In this document: positions 1-11,843 of the stretch, one piece after another
Layout of the letters: each line of letters starts with the position of its first letter
Numbering within the stretch: position 1 is the first letter of the stretch
Notes under the pieces: generated by a model
What the model was told of the DNA's origin: nothing
Seen by the model: only the letters and a program-made list of their open reading frames with translations
The model's database searches: none
Program-made: the position numbers and the translations under genes
Virus record (IMG/VR): IMGVR_UViG_3300027832_000011
Location: 56,018 to 76,017 of that record
Reading direction: 5' to 3' (one strand)
DNA: 20,000 bases
Source of the DNA: an uncultured virus (IMG/VR IMGVR_UViG_3300027832_000011)
Taxonomy: Duplodnaviria > Heunggongvirae > Uroviricota > Caudoviricetes

Positions 1-382
1 TCTCACCATCACCAATCCTAGTAACTCTATTAACACCGTCAACACCAACACCTTTAAAATTAACATAACTCTCATTTTCAACATTAAAACCAGCGATAAA
101 AGGACTTAAAATATTGTAATTCCTAACCTCCTCTAATTTAGAATCAGTAAAACTTCTAACCAAACCAGATTCGACATACCACTTATTAACACCAACACCC
201 TCAATTCTGAAAAACTTATCTAGCGTTGATAACTCCCTATTTACAATTTCTTTAGGTGTGAAATTTAATTCACTAAAATCACCTATATTATCAAAACTTT
301 GTGTTAAGAAAATTTTAAAATACACATATCTATTAGTCTTATTAAAATATTTTAGACTTATTTTTTTCTTAATTATTTCCAT
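1..382 (-). CDS. Hypothetical protein, probably virion-associated; partial, runs off the left edge
   Basis: Not in the ORF track. Manual translation from ATG at 382 gives MEIIKKKISLKYFNKTNRYVYFKIFLTQSFDNIGDF..., open for 127 codons to the window edge. The ATG overlaps the upstream stop (TAATG), suggesting translational coupling. Confidence 0.8.
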   Translation of the reverse strand, partial: MEIIKKKISLKYFNKTNRYVYFKIFLTQSFDNIGDFSELNFTPKEIVNRELSTLDKFFRIEGVGVNKWYVESGLVRSFTDSKLEEVRNYNILSPFIAGFNVENESYVNFKGVGVDGVNRVTRIGDGE

Positions 383-1233
383 TATATCACATTCATTTCA
401 TATAGTTTTATTACACAATCATCATTAATAACACCGTTATTAGTAAAACTACTGTATGTTATATTATTAGAATATGTACTATCCACATTATAATAATACC
501 CATCATTGTTTCTAACTAAAACATATTTAGTGTATAGCATGCTATTTAAGTTACTAATATCTTGCGCCACATTTCCAGTCATAAATGGTATTGTCTCACC
601 ATTTTTAGCGTTGTTAAACTCAGCTTTCATGTATAACACCTTTGGTAACCCAAAGTTCACCTCATCCTTATAATGGTAAATGTAATAACCCTCGGAAAAA
701 CCATCTGGGTATTTTACTGGGTTATTAAGTATAAAATTTACCTTAAAAGCGTTGGCTGGTAATGGTAAATTAATACCGAAACCAGAATTCACAATATCCC
801 TCTTACTTACCCTAGAAAATATACTTAAAAATGATATTAACCTTTGGTTAGTTGCAACGTCATTATCATAAAAACTTAACTTTAAGAATGATTTTGTGAA
901 ATTATTTTTCCTAAATTTTAAATCTGAATTAATAAAACCTAAATCAGAGTAATATGAGTTTGGGTTATATGTATTGGTGTCATTTAAAAAATTTAATTCA
1001 TATTTTATATTTTCCAAATCATCACCTGAATTATTTATTGGTATGAATCTTAACTTTTCGTAATCGATAATTGGGTTAATAAGTTTATCAACCTCCTTAC
1101 TTATAAAGTCTCTAGACACAACCTCATATTGGTCAAAATGAGCAAACTCTAAATTTAATGGTATTTTAATATATGAATTGGGGTCTAACCCATTCAAATC
1201 CTTAATATTCACTTTAATTTTATTAACACTCAT
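382..1233 (-). CDS. Hypothetical protein in the baseplate/tail operon (~283 aa)
   Basis: ORF track gives 382..1314. The likely start is MSVNKIK at 1233 (or 1236/1239), overlapping the end of the upstream gene; the extension to 1314 lies inside that gene. No recognisable motif. Confidence 0.75.
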   Translation of the reverse strand: MSVNKIKVNIKDLNGLDPNSYIKIPLNLEFAHFDQYEVVSRDFISKEVDKLINPIIDYEKLRFIPINNSGDDLENIKYELNFLNDTNTYNPNSYYSDLGFINSDLKFRKNNFTKSFLKLSFYDNDVATNQRLISFLSIFSRVSKRDIVNSGFGINLPLPANAFKVNFILNNPVKYPDGFSEGYYIYHYKDEVNFGLPKVLYMKAEFNNAKNGETIPFMTGNVAQDISNLNSMLYTKYVLVRNNDGYYYNVDSTYSNNITYSSFTNNGVINDDCVIKLYEMNVI

Positions 1234-2911
1234 CATCATTCGTTTTAAAAGTAGTCTTGTCATTAACGCCATTACCAAAAGGGTCTCTAGGTGCTTTTTC
1301 ATAATATAACCCATACTCAGAAAAAGGGTCTTGTCTTTTTAATTGAAAATTAAATAAATCATGCATGTAGTGAACACCATTAACAAATGGGTAGTCTAAG
1401 GTATTTTCATTAATACCGTTAACGCCAATATCTAGTAAATCCCGCCAAATAATTCTCCCATCCTCTAAATCCTCAGCGTAATCTGGTATACCAACAACAG
1501 AAGAATCACCTTGTTCTACATAACTTGAGAAATCTCTAATTTTAATCAAGTGGTGAGGTTTATACATATAACCCTCATATCTTTTACCTAAATCTAAAAC
1601 ATAATTAGTAATACTGTTAACAACACTACCACCAGCATCTCTATTATTAGTGTTGAACCTGTGCCAAACATCGGCTAAGATATTCTCCCTAACCTCATAC
1701 TTATTATATTCCACCAAATCACCAATGAAATCATCATTACCAATCATAACATTACCCTCTAAATGTTCATGTGTAATGAGGCTATTTGATATTCGTCTAA
1801 TATCTGGAATTTTTAAATCCAAATCAATACCACTAATATTCGCCATTGATAAACCAGATTTTACCTTAGAGAAAGTATTTTCAGAATCAGTCTTTATGAA
1901 AGTTAGGTAAACCTCTGATAATGGTCTACCTAAATTATCAAGTAAACCATTAACATCAATATCCTCATTCATGTTAAATTGCGATATAATATCATTGTAA
2001 ATATTTTTACTAAATGCTAAAGGGTATATTTCATAATCATTATTACCAATAACGAAAGTGTTCTTAGTTTTAATTTTACTAAAAACTCTATAGTAATATT
2101 TTGACTCTTGACCACCAAAAACCCTAACCATTCTACTATCATTAGAAATGGTAACTAAATTTGGGTTTAAATCAATTATAAAATAATATTCACTATCATC
2201 ACCATTAGATAAACCCAAACTAAGAACATTATAATCATCATTAAAATTAATTTGGGGTAAACCCTTAATCCTAACTGTTGAACCAACGGATAAACCATGC
2301 TTTACTGGGACCCCAAATATAGTCATTTCCCTACCATTAAAAATGATAGTATCTTTATATATAATCTTTAAACCACCATTAGTTAAATCACTATCAATGG
2401 TACTTTTAGGGTATACAATCGTTATATCCCAATTTTTAACACCATTATTAGGTGTTAAAGTGAATAAATCTCTAGATGGTGACATATCGTAAAATAAGCA
2501 ATTACTAACTTTAGAAATATCTGGGTCGTAATAACCAAACCAACCATGTTTTTCAACTAAGTGGGTTTGAATTGACTCCCCATATTTTAAATCCTCTTCC
2601 TCATCTAAATCAATACCATTAGGTGGGTAACTCCTATCTCTAAATATAGGACCCATAAATGTTGCGTAACTATTTTCACCAGTAACATTAAACAAAGCGT
2701 TAGTGAAGATAGGGTTAATCGTAAAATTGAAACGATATAATTTAGACTTTTGTCTCTCCTTATTGAATACATCCCCAACATTAACAATTTCATTTATATC
2801 ACCAATAGGTAATAACCTACTAGTACTCTTAAAAGGTACTTTTATGAAAGAATCAATATTAACCCTATTAACACCCTTACCATTATTTAAAATTATTTTC
2901 ACATTGTCCAT
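1223..2911 (-). CDS. Hypothetical protein, likely baseplate/tail structural (562 aa)
   Basis: Long ORF coupled to the upstream gene by a TAATG overlap at 2909-2913. Function is inferred from operon context only. Confidence 0.75.
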   Translation of the reverse strand: MDNVKIILNNGKGVNRVNIDSFIKVPFKSTSRLLPIGDINEIVNVGDVFNKERQKSKLYRFNFTINPIFTNALFNVTGENSYATFMGPIFRDRSYPPNGIDLDEEEDLKYGESIQTHLVEKHGWFGYYDPDISKVSNCLFYDMSPSRDLFTLTPNNGVKNWDITIVYPKSTIDSDLTNGGLKIIYKDTIIFNGREMTIFGVPVKHGLSVGSTVRIKGLPQINFNDDYNVLSLGLSNGDDSEYYFIIDLNPNLVTISNDSRMVRVFGGQESKYYYRVFSKIKTKNTFVIGNNDYEIYPLAFSKNIYNDIISQFNMNEDIDVNGLLDNLGRPLSEVYLTFIKTDSENTFSKVKSGLSMANISGIDLDLKIPDIRRISNSLITHEHLEGNVMIGNDDFIGDLVEYNKYEVRENILADVWHRFNTNNRDAGGSVVNSITNYVLDLGKRYEGYMYKPHHLIKIRDFSSYVEQGDSSVVGIPDYAEDLEDGRIIWRDLLDIGVNGINENTLDYPFVNGVHYMHDLFNFQLKRQDPFSEYGLYYEKAPRDPFGNGVNDKTTFKTNDDEC

Positions 2912-5900
2912 TAGTAAATTGTTATTTCATTTGATTCACACCCATCCCTATGACTCACAAGGTATGCTTTATCACCAGCGGTTAGACCATTCGGTGGGAA
3001 TGAATATACCCGTAGGAAAGAATTAGTGTCAAAATTATATACAATACCTATCGTAAACTCATAGAGTTTAACACTTGAACCGACCTTAAATACATCAAAT
3101 TTCTCGCCATCCCCAAACCCATTAAGTTGCCCAGCACGGGGTGAGGTAATACTGATTCTCCTCTTATCTATAATAAAATTTGATTGTTCATTAGTTGCTA
3201 TAGTTTCAAAATTAGATTCATCGAAATTTAACCCATTACCACCATACACACCATACCCACTAACCGAATTTGGTATGAATTTGTGGAAAGCATGTCCCAT
3301 TCCGCTTAGAACCCCACCAGGAAAATAACTATATCTGAAATAATAATCTATATGTTGATTACTTAAATCATGTACAGAATTTTGAGCATTTAAAAAGTTA
3401 GCTAATGCATTACTTGACATAATAGAAATTCGAGATGGTAGAGTTATTACCTTAATCTCATAAAACCTAATTTTTAAAGCTGTTGGCATTACTATAGCTC
3501 CAGAACCAGTAACCACTTGACCAAATAAATCTGTTATAGTGATAGAAAAGGTGCCACTAGGTAACGAAAGATGGTTCATTAATGTTGATGAATATGTTTC
3601 AGTACCACCGCTTTCATTCACAAAAGTTGGTCCAACAGTTTGTACTAAATATGGTGGTATCCCACCGTTTATTCGAATATTAATTTCGGCATCATTATCA
3701 TAATCAGGTGCGTAACATTCTGGCGATGTAAATGTTATGGTGGTCTCTAATTTAGGCGGTTTTAATATCTCAAAAACACTGTTATAAGTCAAAGGTACGT
3801 TACTAGTATCAACGACTGTTAAGGTATATGTACCACTCGCCAACCCAGTAAATGTGAAATTGGGTATTGGGTTATTAACTGTTTGTGTAGTTGGGTTATT
3901 TGTTGGGCCCACTATTGTTACAAAATAATTACCATTACCACCAATAATCGAACTTAAAGTTAATGTACCATCACTACTTAATGGGGTTCTAGTGGTATTT
4001 ACCACGATTTCAACCTTAATTGGTTTTGGTTGGCTAACTATAAACGTCTTTTTAACAACACTACCATTATCATCGGTAACGCTAACGGTGTACTCACCAG
4101 CGGTTAAATTAGATACCCCCTCAGTAATCTCACCATTACTCCAAAGATATGTGAATGGTTCGAAACCATCGATTATTGAGATATTTATACTACCATCATT
4201 ACCACCTAAATACGTTACATCACTAATCACACCCTCAATTATAAACTCATCTTCCACTACTTGTTCACAACTAGTAAAATATTTAGCGTTCATCTTATCA
4301 ATAGCGCTATTATTTGGTGCTGTACCAAAATACATATAGAACGAATTACCCCTAGCTTGCTTTACAGTTCTTTTACCAAAATCTCTATAATTTTTATAAT
4401 GTGAACCATTAAAACCACTATTTAAACCTGTAGTCGTTAAAGATAAAGTATTTGAATTTGAGACAATTAAACAATCCCTAACAAATTGGTTATCAATGTC
4501 TTCATCACCAATACTATTATTTTTAGAAACACCATTAGGTTCATCATTTCTATCTTCATCTAGACCAACACCAATCTCACATAACCTTCTTATATTACTC
4601 ATCTGATTATCACTAGCATTAAGCTTAGTACATGAAAATGTAAATAACAGGCCTCTATTGGGATTACTATCAGCCAATTTAGATACATTAGGTTCATCTG
4701 TATTAGTTAATGGTGGTATCTTATATGATGTAGGTAGTAAGTATTCGTGAAAACTAGGTTTACCTTCCCAATCACATTTATTAATAGCACCTAAGCAAGT
4801 TATATCGGTTGCGTATAAAATGTAATCTCTATCCTTATCATATGGGGCGTAAAATAATTCACCCTTAAAACTTTTAATGAACCCCTTATATATTTTTTCA
4901 CTAGCGTGGTTTTTTAAATTACCATTAATTAAAGTGTCAACAATGTAACTATCCTCACTTACATCAACACTACAGAATTTCTCATTATTCTTCTTTTTTT
5001 TATATTTTAATAAAAATGAAAATAATGTACCGTTAACCCAATCATTATAAAAATCAAACTCAAAAATATTTAAAGCTGAAGCAAGTTGAATTTTATAACA
5101 CTCTTCTAAAGCATCTTTTGATGTACTTTTAGTACCATCAGGTTTTGCACGACTACCGCTACAACCTGGTGCGTACTTAACACCATCACAATCTAAAGCT
5201 ACACACCTAACACGCCCAAACAACCTAACTCTAGTGATAAGACTAAAAGCTCTGTTTGCTAACTCTAAAATCATTAAAATAATACCCACTATTAAACATA
5301 TTATTAAGAATAATGGGTTGAAATCACCATCTAACTTATTAAATGGGAATGGGTTTTTATTACCAACACAATCATCAACATCTTTAACCCCAATCATTCT
5401 TCTGTTATCAGCACAACCACCTGAACAAGCAGATTGTATTCTAGTTATATGGTTTCTAACTGTGTATATTTTATTCCAAGATAAATCAGTAAAGTTATTA
5501 CTTTTAGTGTCACTATTAAAATTATAATCAATATCATCAGCAGTTTTTGGGTTATGAGGGACTAAAAACTTAGCTCTACTTCTAATTCTACCTTCGCCAC
5601 CAGTATCATCCATACCGATTTTAAATCTAACTTTAGCCCTAGTTGGTACACCTTTATTGGTGTCCTCACTAGGAATAAGTTCACCAAATTCATCGGTAAC
5701 AACATAATCTAAGTTCATAGGTATTTGGTAAGCCCAAGCACCGAACTCGTCAATTAAATTACCACCAGAAACATCAAATTTTTGAGTATTACCATCAATA
5801 TCTTTCCTAATCATATTAATAGTACCCGAAGCGGATACCGTCTCACATAATTTACCCAAATCTTTTCTAGGTCTACAATTTTTATTAAGTGAATTTTTCT

Positions 5901-6666
5901 CATTATCACCGAAAATACTACCGACAAATATTGCTGATGGTACTAAATTATAATTTAAATCCATATCAATTCTAGTTATACCAATCTCACCCTCTTCACC
6001 CCAAAATGGTATTATATTGACACCTGCTTTTTGGTTTTTAAGTTGAGTTAGGGAATTTAGATTTTTACTACCTAGAAACACGGTAGATGATTTGAATAAA
6101 TTTTCTGGGTTACCTTGTTCGATAAAATCATAAGGTTTTTGTGAGAATTGACCAATATCCGATAAATCAACATCAATATTTATAATGTGATTACCAACTG
6201 GTACACCAAATAACATAAAATCACCAGCGTTATTAGTTGTTGTCGTGAATTTATAGTACTTGTCATACACCTCAAAAATAATATTATTATCAAGTACCTC
6301 TCTCTTTTTTGGGAACGTACCTACTGGTGTGTGACAATCACCTTGATAGTCTTTTGGTAGAAGATTATACCTAACACCATCAAAATCTTCATCATTAGCC
6401 GTGTTAAATGGATATAAACTTTTAACCTCTTCCGAGTCAGAATCATTTAAAGGTATAAATAAGGATACTTTAGCGTTAGGTACACCCAAACCATTGTTTA
6501 CGATAACTCTACCAACTACAACACCGTAATCAGAGTTAAAACGCCTATAAACATCTTCTTGGGATAACTTTAATGATAATATCTCAAGAAAATCGAAATC
6601 TTGTTCCAAATTAACCTTTAGATATTTATCAACACCTACATCCGTTTTTATCCTAATATTACTCAT
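2911..6666 (-). CDS. Large putative virion protein (~1251 aa): N-terminal carboxypeptidase-regulatory-like beta-sandwich, central hydrophobic helix and Cys-rich region, about 3 SprB-like repeats, unique C-terminus
   Basis: VVVGRVIVNNGLGVPNAKVSLF...TTTTNNAGDFMLFGVPVGNHII fits a CarboxypepD_reg-like pattern. PLFLIICLIVGIILMILELAN is hydrophobic. DVTYLGGNDGSINISIIDGFEPFTYLWSNG...NLTAGEYTVSVTDDNG fits an SprB repeat. Start is probably MSNIRIK at 6666 (track start 6675). Confidence 0.7.
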   Translation of the reverse strand: MSNIRIKTDVGVDKYLKVNLEQDFDFLEILSLKLSQEDVYRRFNSDYGVVVGRVIVNNGLGVPNAKVSLFIPLNDSDSEEVKSLYPFNTANDEDFDGVRYNLLPKDYQGDCHTPVGTFPKKREVLDNNIIFEVYDKYYKFTTTTNNAGDFMLFGVPVGNHIINIDVDLSDIGQFSQKPYDFIEQGNPENLFKSSTVFLGSKNLNSLTQLKNQKAGVNIIPFWGEEGEIGITRIDMDLNYNLVPSAIFVGSIFGDNEKNSLNKNCRPRKDLGKLCETVSASGTINMIRKDIDGNTQKFDVSGGNLIDEFGAWAYQIPMNLDYVVTDEFGELIPSEDTNKGVPTRAKVRFKIGMDDTGGEGRIRSRAKFLVPHNPKTADDIDYNFNSDTKSNNFTDLSWNKIYTVRNHITRIQSACSGGCADNRRMIGVKDVDDCVGNKNPFPFNKLDGDFNPLFLIICLIVGIILMILELANRAFSLITRVRLFGRVRCVALDCDGVKYAPGCSGSRAKPDGTKSTSKDALEECYKIQLASALNIFEFDFYNDWVNGTLFSFLLKYKKKKNNEKFCSVDVSEDSYIVDTLINGNLKNHASEKIYKGFIKSFKGELFYAPYDKDRDYILYATDITCLGAINKCDWEGKPSFHEYLLPTSYKIPPLTNTDEPNVSKLADSNPNRGLLFTFSCTKLNASDNQMSNIRRLCEIGVGLDEDRNDEPNGVSKNNSIGDEDIDNQFVRDCLIVSNSNTLSLTTTGLNSGFNGSHYKNYRDFGKRTVKQARGNSFYMYFGTAPNNSAIDKMNAKYFTSCEQVVEDEFIIEGVISDVTYLGGNDGSINISIIDGFEPFTYLWSNGEITEGVSNLTAGEYTVSVTDDNGSVVKKTFIVSQPKPIKVEIVVNTTRTPLSSDGTLTLSSIIGGNGNYFVTIVGPTNNPTTQTVNNPIPNFTFTGLASGTYTLTVVDTSNVPLTYNSVFEILKPPKLETTITFTSPECYAPDYDNDAEINIRINGGIPPYLVQTVGPTFVNESGGTETYSSTLMNHLSLPSGTFSITITDLFGQVVTGSGAIVMPTALKIRFYEIKVITLPSRISIMSSNALANFLNAQNSVHDLSNQHIDYYFRYSYFPGGVLSGMGHAFHKFIPNSVSGYGVYGGNGLNFDESNFETIATNEQSNFIIDKRRISITSPRAGQLNGFGDGEKFDVFKVGSSVKLYEFTIGIVYNFDTNSFLRVYSFPPNGLTAGDKAYLVSHRDGCESNEITIY
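3485..4245 (-). repeat. About three degenerate SprB-like (Ig-like) protein repeats; boundaries approximate
   Basis: Recurring pattern DG.I.I....GG..PY......L..G.YT.TVTD: NDGSINISIIDGFEPF..LTAGEYTVSVTDDNG; SDGTLTLSSIIGGNGNY..LASGTYTLTVVD; NDAEINIRINGGIPPY..LPSGTFSITITDLFG. Confidence 0.7.
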
Positions 6667-6988
6667 CGTCATCAACCATTTGATAATCCATTAACTCGTA
6701 GTTATCTACATTGTCAATATCAATATCCTCAATTTCATTATCATCATTTAAATTTTCTTTATCTTTATTTTTATTAATAATTTTATATAAAAAAATCATG
6801 GAAGGTATGATGGTGTTATTCTTATTAAGAATAAAACTATTAAATATAAAATAGACCCCAATTAACCAAAAAAATGGTGTTAATATAGTTAGCAAAAATA
6901 AGGTAACAATAAAAACAATAACTCTACTTAATATACTTTCTTTTTCACCATCCAATGGTGAATCCACATTACTTTTACAACAACTCAT
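6659..6988 (-). CDS. Small hypothetical membrane protein (109 aa)
   Basis: MSCCKS N-terminus, long hydrophobic stretch VIVFIVTLFLLTILTPFFWLIGVYFIF, acidic C-terminal tail. Stop overlaps the next start (ATGAGTAA). Confidence 0.75.
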   Translation of the reverse strand: MSCCKSNVDSPLDGEKESILSRVIVFIVTLFLLTILTPFFWLIGVYFIFNSFILNKNNTIIPSMIFLYKIINKNKDKENLNDDNEIEDIDIDNVDNYELMDYQMVDDDE

Positions 6989-6994
6989 AACTTT

Positions 6995-8833
<1,839 letters not shown>

Positions 8834-8847
8834 TTACATTTTTATTA

Positions 8848-8856
8848 ATAAATATA
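8848..8856 (-). promoter_or_regulatory. Candidate late-promoter motif TATATTTAT upstream of the gp6-like gene
   Basis: 14 nt upstream of the ATG at 8833; the same 9-mer lies 12 nt upstream of the gp25-like ATG. The AT-rich background weakens this call. Confidence 0.4.
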
Positions 8857-8920
8857 AAAGATTTTATTTATTTGTAAATATTTATCTTTTATTTAAAATG
8901 TAAACAGATACATAATATGG

Positions 8921-9304
8921 TTACAATTCTATAGTTATAGAATCCCTAACCTCAAATATATCATCACTAACCACATAATCCAACTTAACTATTGTTGTGT
9001 ACTCAGCCTCATTTGATTCCTCAACCGATATTGTAGTGATTTTTAATTTTGGTATATATTTATTAACAGTCTCGTTAATCTCAGCTTTTACGTCTGAGAA
9101 AGTTAAACTATCATTTGGTTCAAAAATGAATTTCCTTAAATTAGTGCCAAAATCTGGTAGGTATAACCTCTCACCTTTATTAGTTAATAATAGGTGCATC
9201 AAATCAGCCTTTATAGCATCAGCATCATTATCATTTAATTTAATAAAATCACCATTTATACTATCTCTAAATGGGAAGTCAATGTTAATAGTTTGTAACG
9301 ACAT
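8921..9304 (-). CDS. Baseplate wedge subunit, gp25/GPW family (~127 aa)
   Basis: IKADLMHLLLTNKGERLYLPDFGTNLRKFIFEP is the gp25 signature (T.KGER...PDFG..L..FEP). Probable start MSLQTINIDFPF at 9304 (track start 9328). Confidence 0.9.
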   Translation of the reverse strand: MSLQTINIDFPFRDSINGDFIKLNDNDADAIKADLMHLLLTNKGERLYLPDFGTNLRKFIFEPNDSLTFSDVKAEINETVNKYIPKLKITTISVEESNEAEYTTIVKLDYVVSDDIFEVRDSITIEL

Positions 9305-9316
9305 ATATCTTTTATG

Positions 9317-9325
9317 ATAAATATA
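9317..9325 (-). promoter_or_regulatory. Candidate late-promoter motif TATATTTAT upstream of the gp25-like gene
   Basis: Lies between the nrdA terminator and the first structural gene, where a new promoter is expected. Repeated at 8848-8856. Confidence 0.45.
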
Positions 9326-9354
9326 CATAATATAATTAAAATTTAAATTATAAG

Positions 9355-9391
9355 CATAAAAAAAAGGGGTTTAAAACCCCTTTTTTTTATG
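9355..9391. terminator. Bidirectional intrinsic terminator at the end of nrdA
   Basis: cataaaaaaaaggggtt-taa-aaccccttttttttatg: perfect 17-bp arms with a G4/C4 core and A8/T8 flanks, overlapping the nrdA stop codon. Confidence 0.85.
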
Positions 9392-11753
9392 AACCACAAT
9401 TATCACAATCAAATTCCGAATTTTCAGCTGAAAACTCTTTATCCTCTTTGACGTATTTCGTCTTGTCGATAGTGAATTTAATAGCTTCAACAGCTGGTTT
9501 ATTTCTAAGGTAATACATACCAGTCTTTAAACCCTTCTTCCAACCATGGAAATGCATGTTGGTTAATTTTTGGAAATTTGGGTTATCCATAAATATATTC
9601 ATAGATTGAGATTGACAAATGAACGCACCTCTATCTGCTGATAAATCTATAACATCACGTTGTGAAATTTCCCAAACAGTTTTATAAATATCTCTAACAT
9701 TTTCAGGGATGTCAGTAAAATTAGCTATCGACCCATTACTAATCATTAACCTATCTCTCATTTCGTCATCCCATAAACCTAAATTTATTAATGTCAAAAT
9801 TAAATGTTTATTTACACAAATAAATTCACCTGATAACACACGTCTAGTGTAAATATTCGTAGTATAAGGTTCGAATGCTTCGTTATTCCCTAGTATTTGA
9901 GAAGTACTAGCAGTCGGCATAGGGGCCATTAAAAGTGAGTTACGGATACCATTCTCAACAACCTCTTTCTTTAACTTATCCCAATCGTACATACCACTAA
10001 AAATAGGTTCATCCCATAAATCAAATTGGAAAGTACCCTTACTAGTCATTGACCCAACAAATGTCTCATAAGGACCATCTACCTTAGCTAATTCCATGGA
10101 AGATTCCATGGCTGCGTGATACATAGTCTCAAAAATAGCAGCATTTAAAACTTTAGCTTCCTTAGATGTGAAAGGAATCCCCATTATTTGAAACGCATCA
10201 GCTAACCCTTGAACACCCAACCCAATTGGTCTATGTTTTTTATTTGAATACTCAGCCTCAATAACTGGGTAATAATTCCTATCTATAACCTTATTTAGAT
10301 TTATAGTTATAAGCTTAACAACCTGATGTAATTTCTTATGGTTGAACACATATTCAAGTTTTTTAGCTTTCCTATCCTTAACCTCAACAAATTTAGGTAA
10401 AGCTACTGATGCTAAATTACAAACAGCAACCTCATCTGGTGAAGTGTATTCAATAATTTCAGTACACAAATTTGAAGAACGAATCGTACCTAAATTATTC
10501 TGATTAGATTTTTTATTTGCAGCATCCTTATATAACATATATGGTGTACCTGTTTCAATTTGAGATTCAAGAATTTTTAACCAAACTTCTTTAGCTTTCA
10601 CAGTTCTTTTACCTTTACCAGCTTCTTCGTAAGATTTATATAAAGCCTCAAAATCATCACCGTAAACATCGGCAAGACCTGGACATTCGTTTGGACACAT
10701 TAAAGTCCAATCACCATCCTCTTGAACACGTTTCATGAATAAATCTGGGGTCCACATTGCGTAGAATAAATCCCTAGCTCTCATATCTTCAACACCATGA
10801 TTCTTTTTTAAATCTAAGAAACTTAAGATATCAGCATGCCAGGGTTCTATATAAATGGCGAAACTACCTTTTCTTTTACCACCACCTTGGTCAACGTAAC
10901 GAGCAGTATTGTTAAACACACGTAACATAGGTGTTAGACCGTTTGAAACCCCATTAGTCCCAGCAATGTAAGAACCTGTAGCTCTTATGTTATGTATTGC
11001 TAAACCAATACCCCCAGCAGATTGTGAAATCAAAGCTGTTTGTTTTAAAGTATCATAAATACCTTCAATACTATCATTTTTCATCGTTAATAAGAAACAA
11101 GATGACATTTGAGGTTTTGGTGTTCCAGCGTTAAACAATGTAGGTGTTGCGTGTGTAAAATACTTCTCACTCATTAAGTTATACGTTTCTATCGCTGATT
11201 CAACATCACCACCATGAATACCTAAAGAAACACGCATTAACATGTGTTGTGGTCTTTCAACTACTTTCCCATCTATTTTTAAAAGGTATGACTTCTCTAA
11301 AGTTTTAAAACCAAAATAATCATAACTAAAATCCCTATCGTTTATAATCGCAGAATTTAAAACTTTAGTATTTTTCTTAACAACCTCATATAACTCATCA
11401 CTAATTAATGGTGAATGTTTACCATTTTTATCATTTATATAGGAATATAATTTTTCAATTGTCTTACTGAAAAATTTCTCAGTGCTTTTATGTAATGCGG
11501 TTATCTCAATTCTAGAAGCTAGTAAAGAATAATCTGGGTGGTGGGATACTAAAGCTCCAGCTGTTTCAGATGCAAGTCTATCTAACTCAATAGTTGTAAC
11601 ACCATCATAAAGACCATCTATAACTTTTTTTGAGACTTCATCATGGTCAACATATAATGTGTCTAAACCATAACATAATTTTTTAATTCTGGTACTAATT
11701 TTATTGAAGTTCACATCTTCTTTAGTAATACCATCTCTTTTTACTACTTTCAT
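9387..11753 (-). CDS. nrdA: Ribonucleoside-diphosphate reductase class Ia, alpha subunit, with N-terminal ATP cone
   Basis: [11 protein letters not shown] cone, [22 protein letters not shown] active site, [28 protein letters not shown]-terminal CDNC. Confidence 0.98.
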   Translation of the reverse strand: MKVVKRDGITKEDVNFNKISTRIKKLCYGLDTLYVDHDEVSKKVIDGLYDGVTTIELDRLASETAGALVSHHPDYSLLASRIEITALHKSTEKFFSKTIEKLYSYINDKNGKHSPLISDELYEVVKKNTKVLNSAIINDRDFSYDYFGFKTLEKSYLLKIDGKVVERPQHMLMRVSLGIHGGDVESAIETYNLMSEKYFTHATPTLFNAGTPKPQMSSCFLLTMKNDSIEGIYDTLKQTALISQSAGGIGLAIHNIRATGSYIAGTNGVSNGLTPMLRVFNNTARYVDQGGGKRKGSFAIYIEPWHADILSFLDLKKNHGVEDMRARDLFYAMWTPDLFMKRVQEDGDWTLMCPNECPGLADVYGDDFEALYKSYEEAGKGKRTVKAKEVWLKILESQIETGTPYMLYKDAANKKSNQNNLGTIRSSNLCTEIIEYTSPDEVAVCNLASVALPKFVEVKDRKAKKLEYVFNHKKLHQVVKLITINLNKVIDRNYYPVIEAEYSNKKHRPIGLGVQGLADAFQIMGIPFTSKEAKVLNAAIFETMYHAAMESSMELAKVDGPYETFVGSMTSKGTFQFDLWDEPIFSGMYDWDKLKKEVVENGIRNSLLMAPMPTASTSQILGNNEAFEPYTTNIYTRRVLSGEFICVNKHLILTLINLGLWDDEMRDRLMISNGSIANFTDIPENVRDIYKTVWEISQRDVIDLSADRGAFICQSQSMNIFMDNPNFQKLTNMHFHGWKKGLKTGMYYLRNKPAVEAIKFTIDKTKYVKEDKEFSAENSEFDCDNCGS

Positions 11754-11790
11754 ATTTTTTTTTATTTATATAATTATCTACTTATAATTA

Positions 11791-11824
11791 ATGTGGTTAG
11801 GGTGAATATTCACCCTAACCACAT
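11791..11824. repeat. Perfect 34-bp palindrome between nrdB and nrdA
   Basis: atgtggttagggtgaat|attcaccctaaccacat, no spacer. Confidence 0.9.
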
Positions 11825-11843
11825 AATTTAATCTAATATTATG

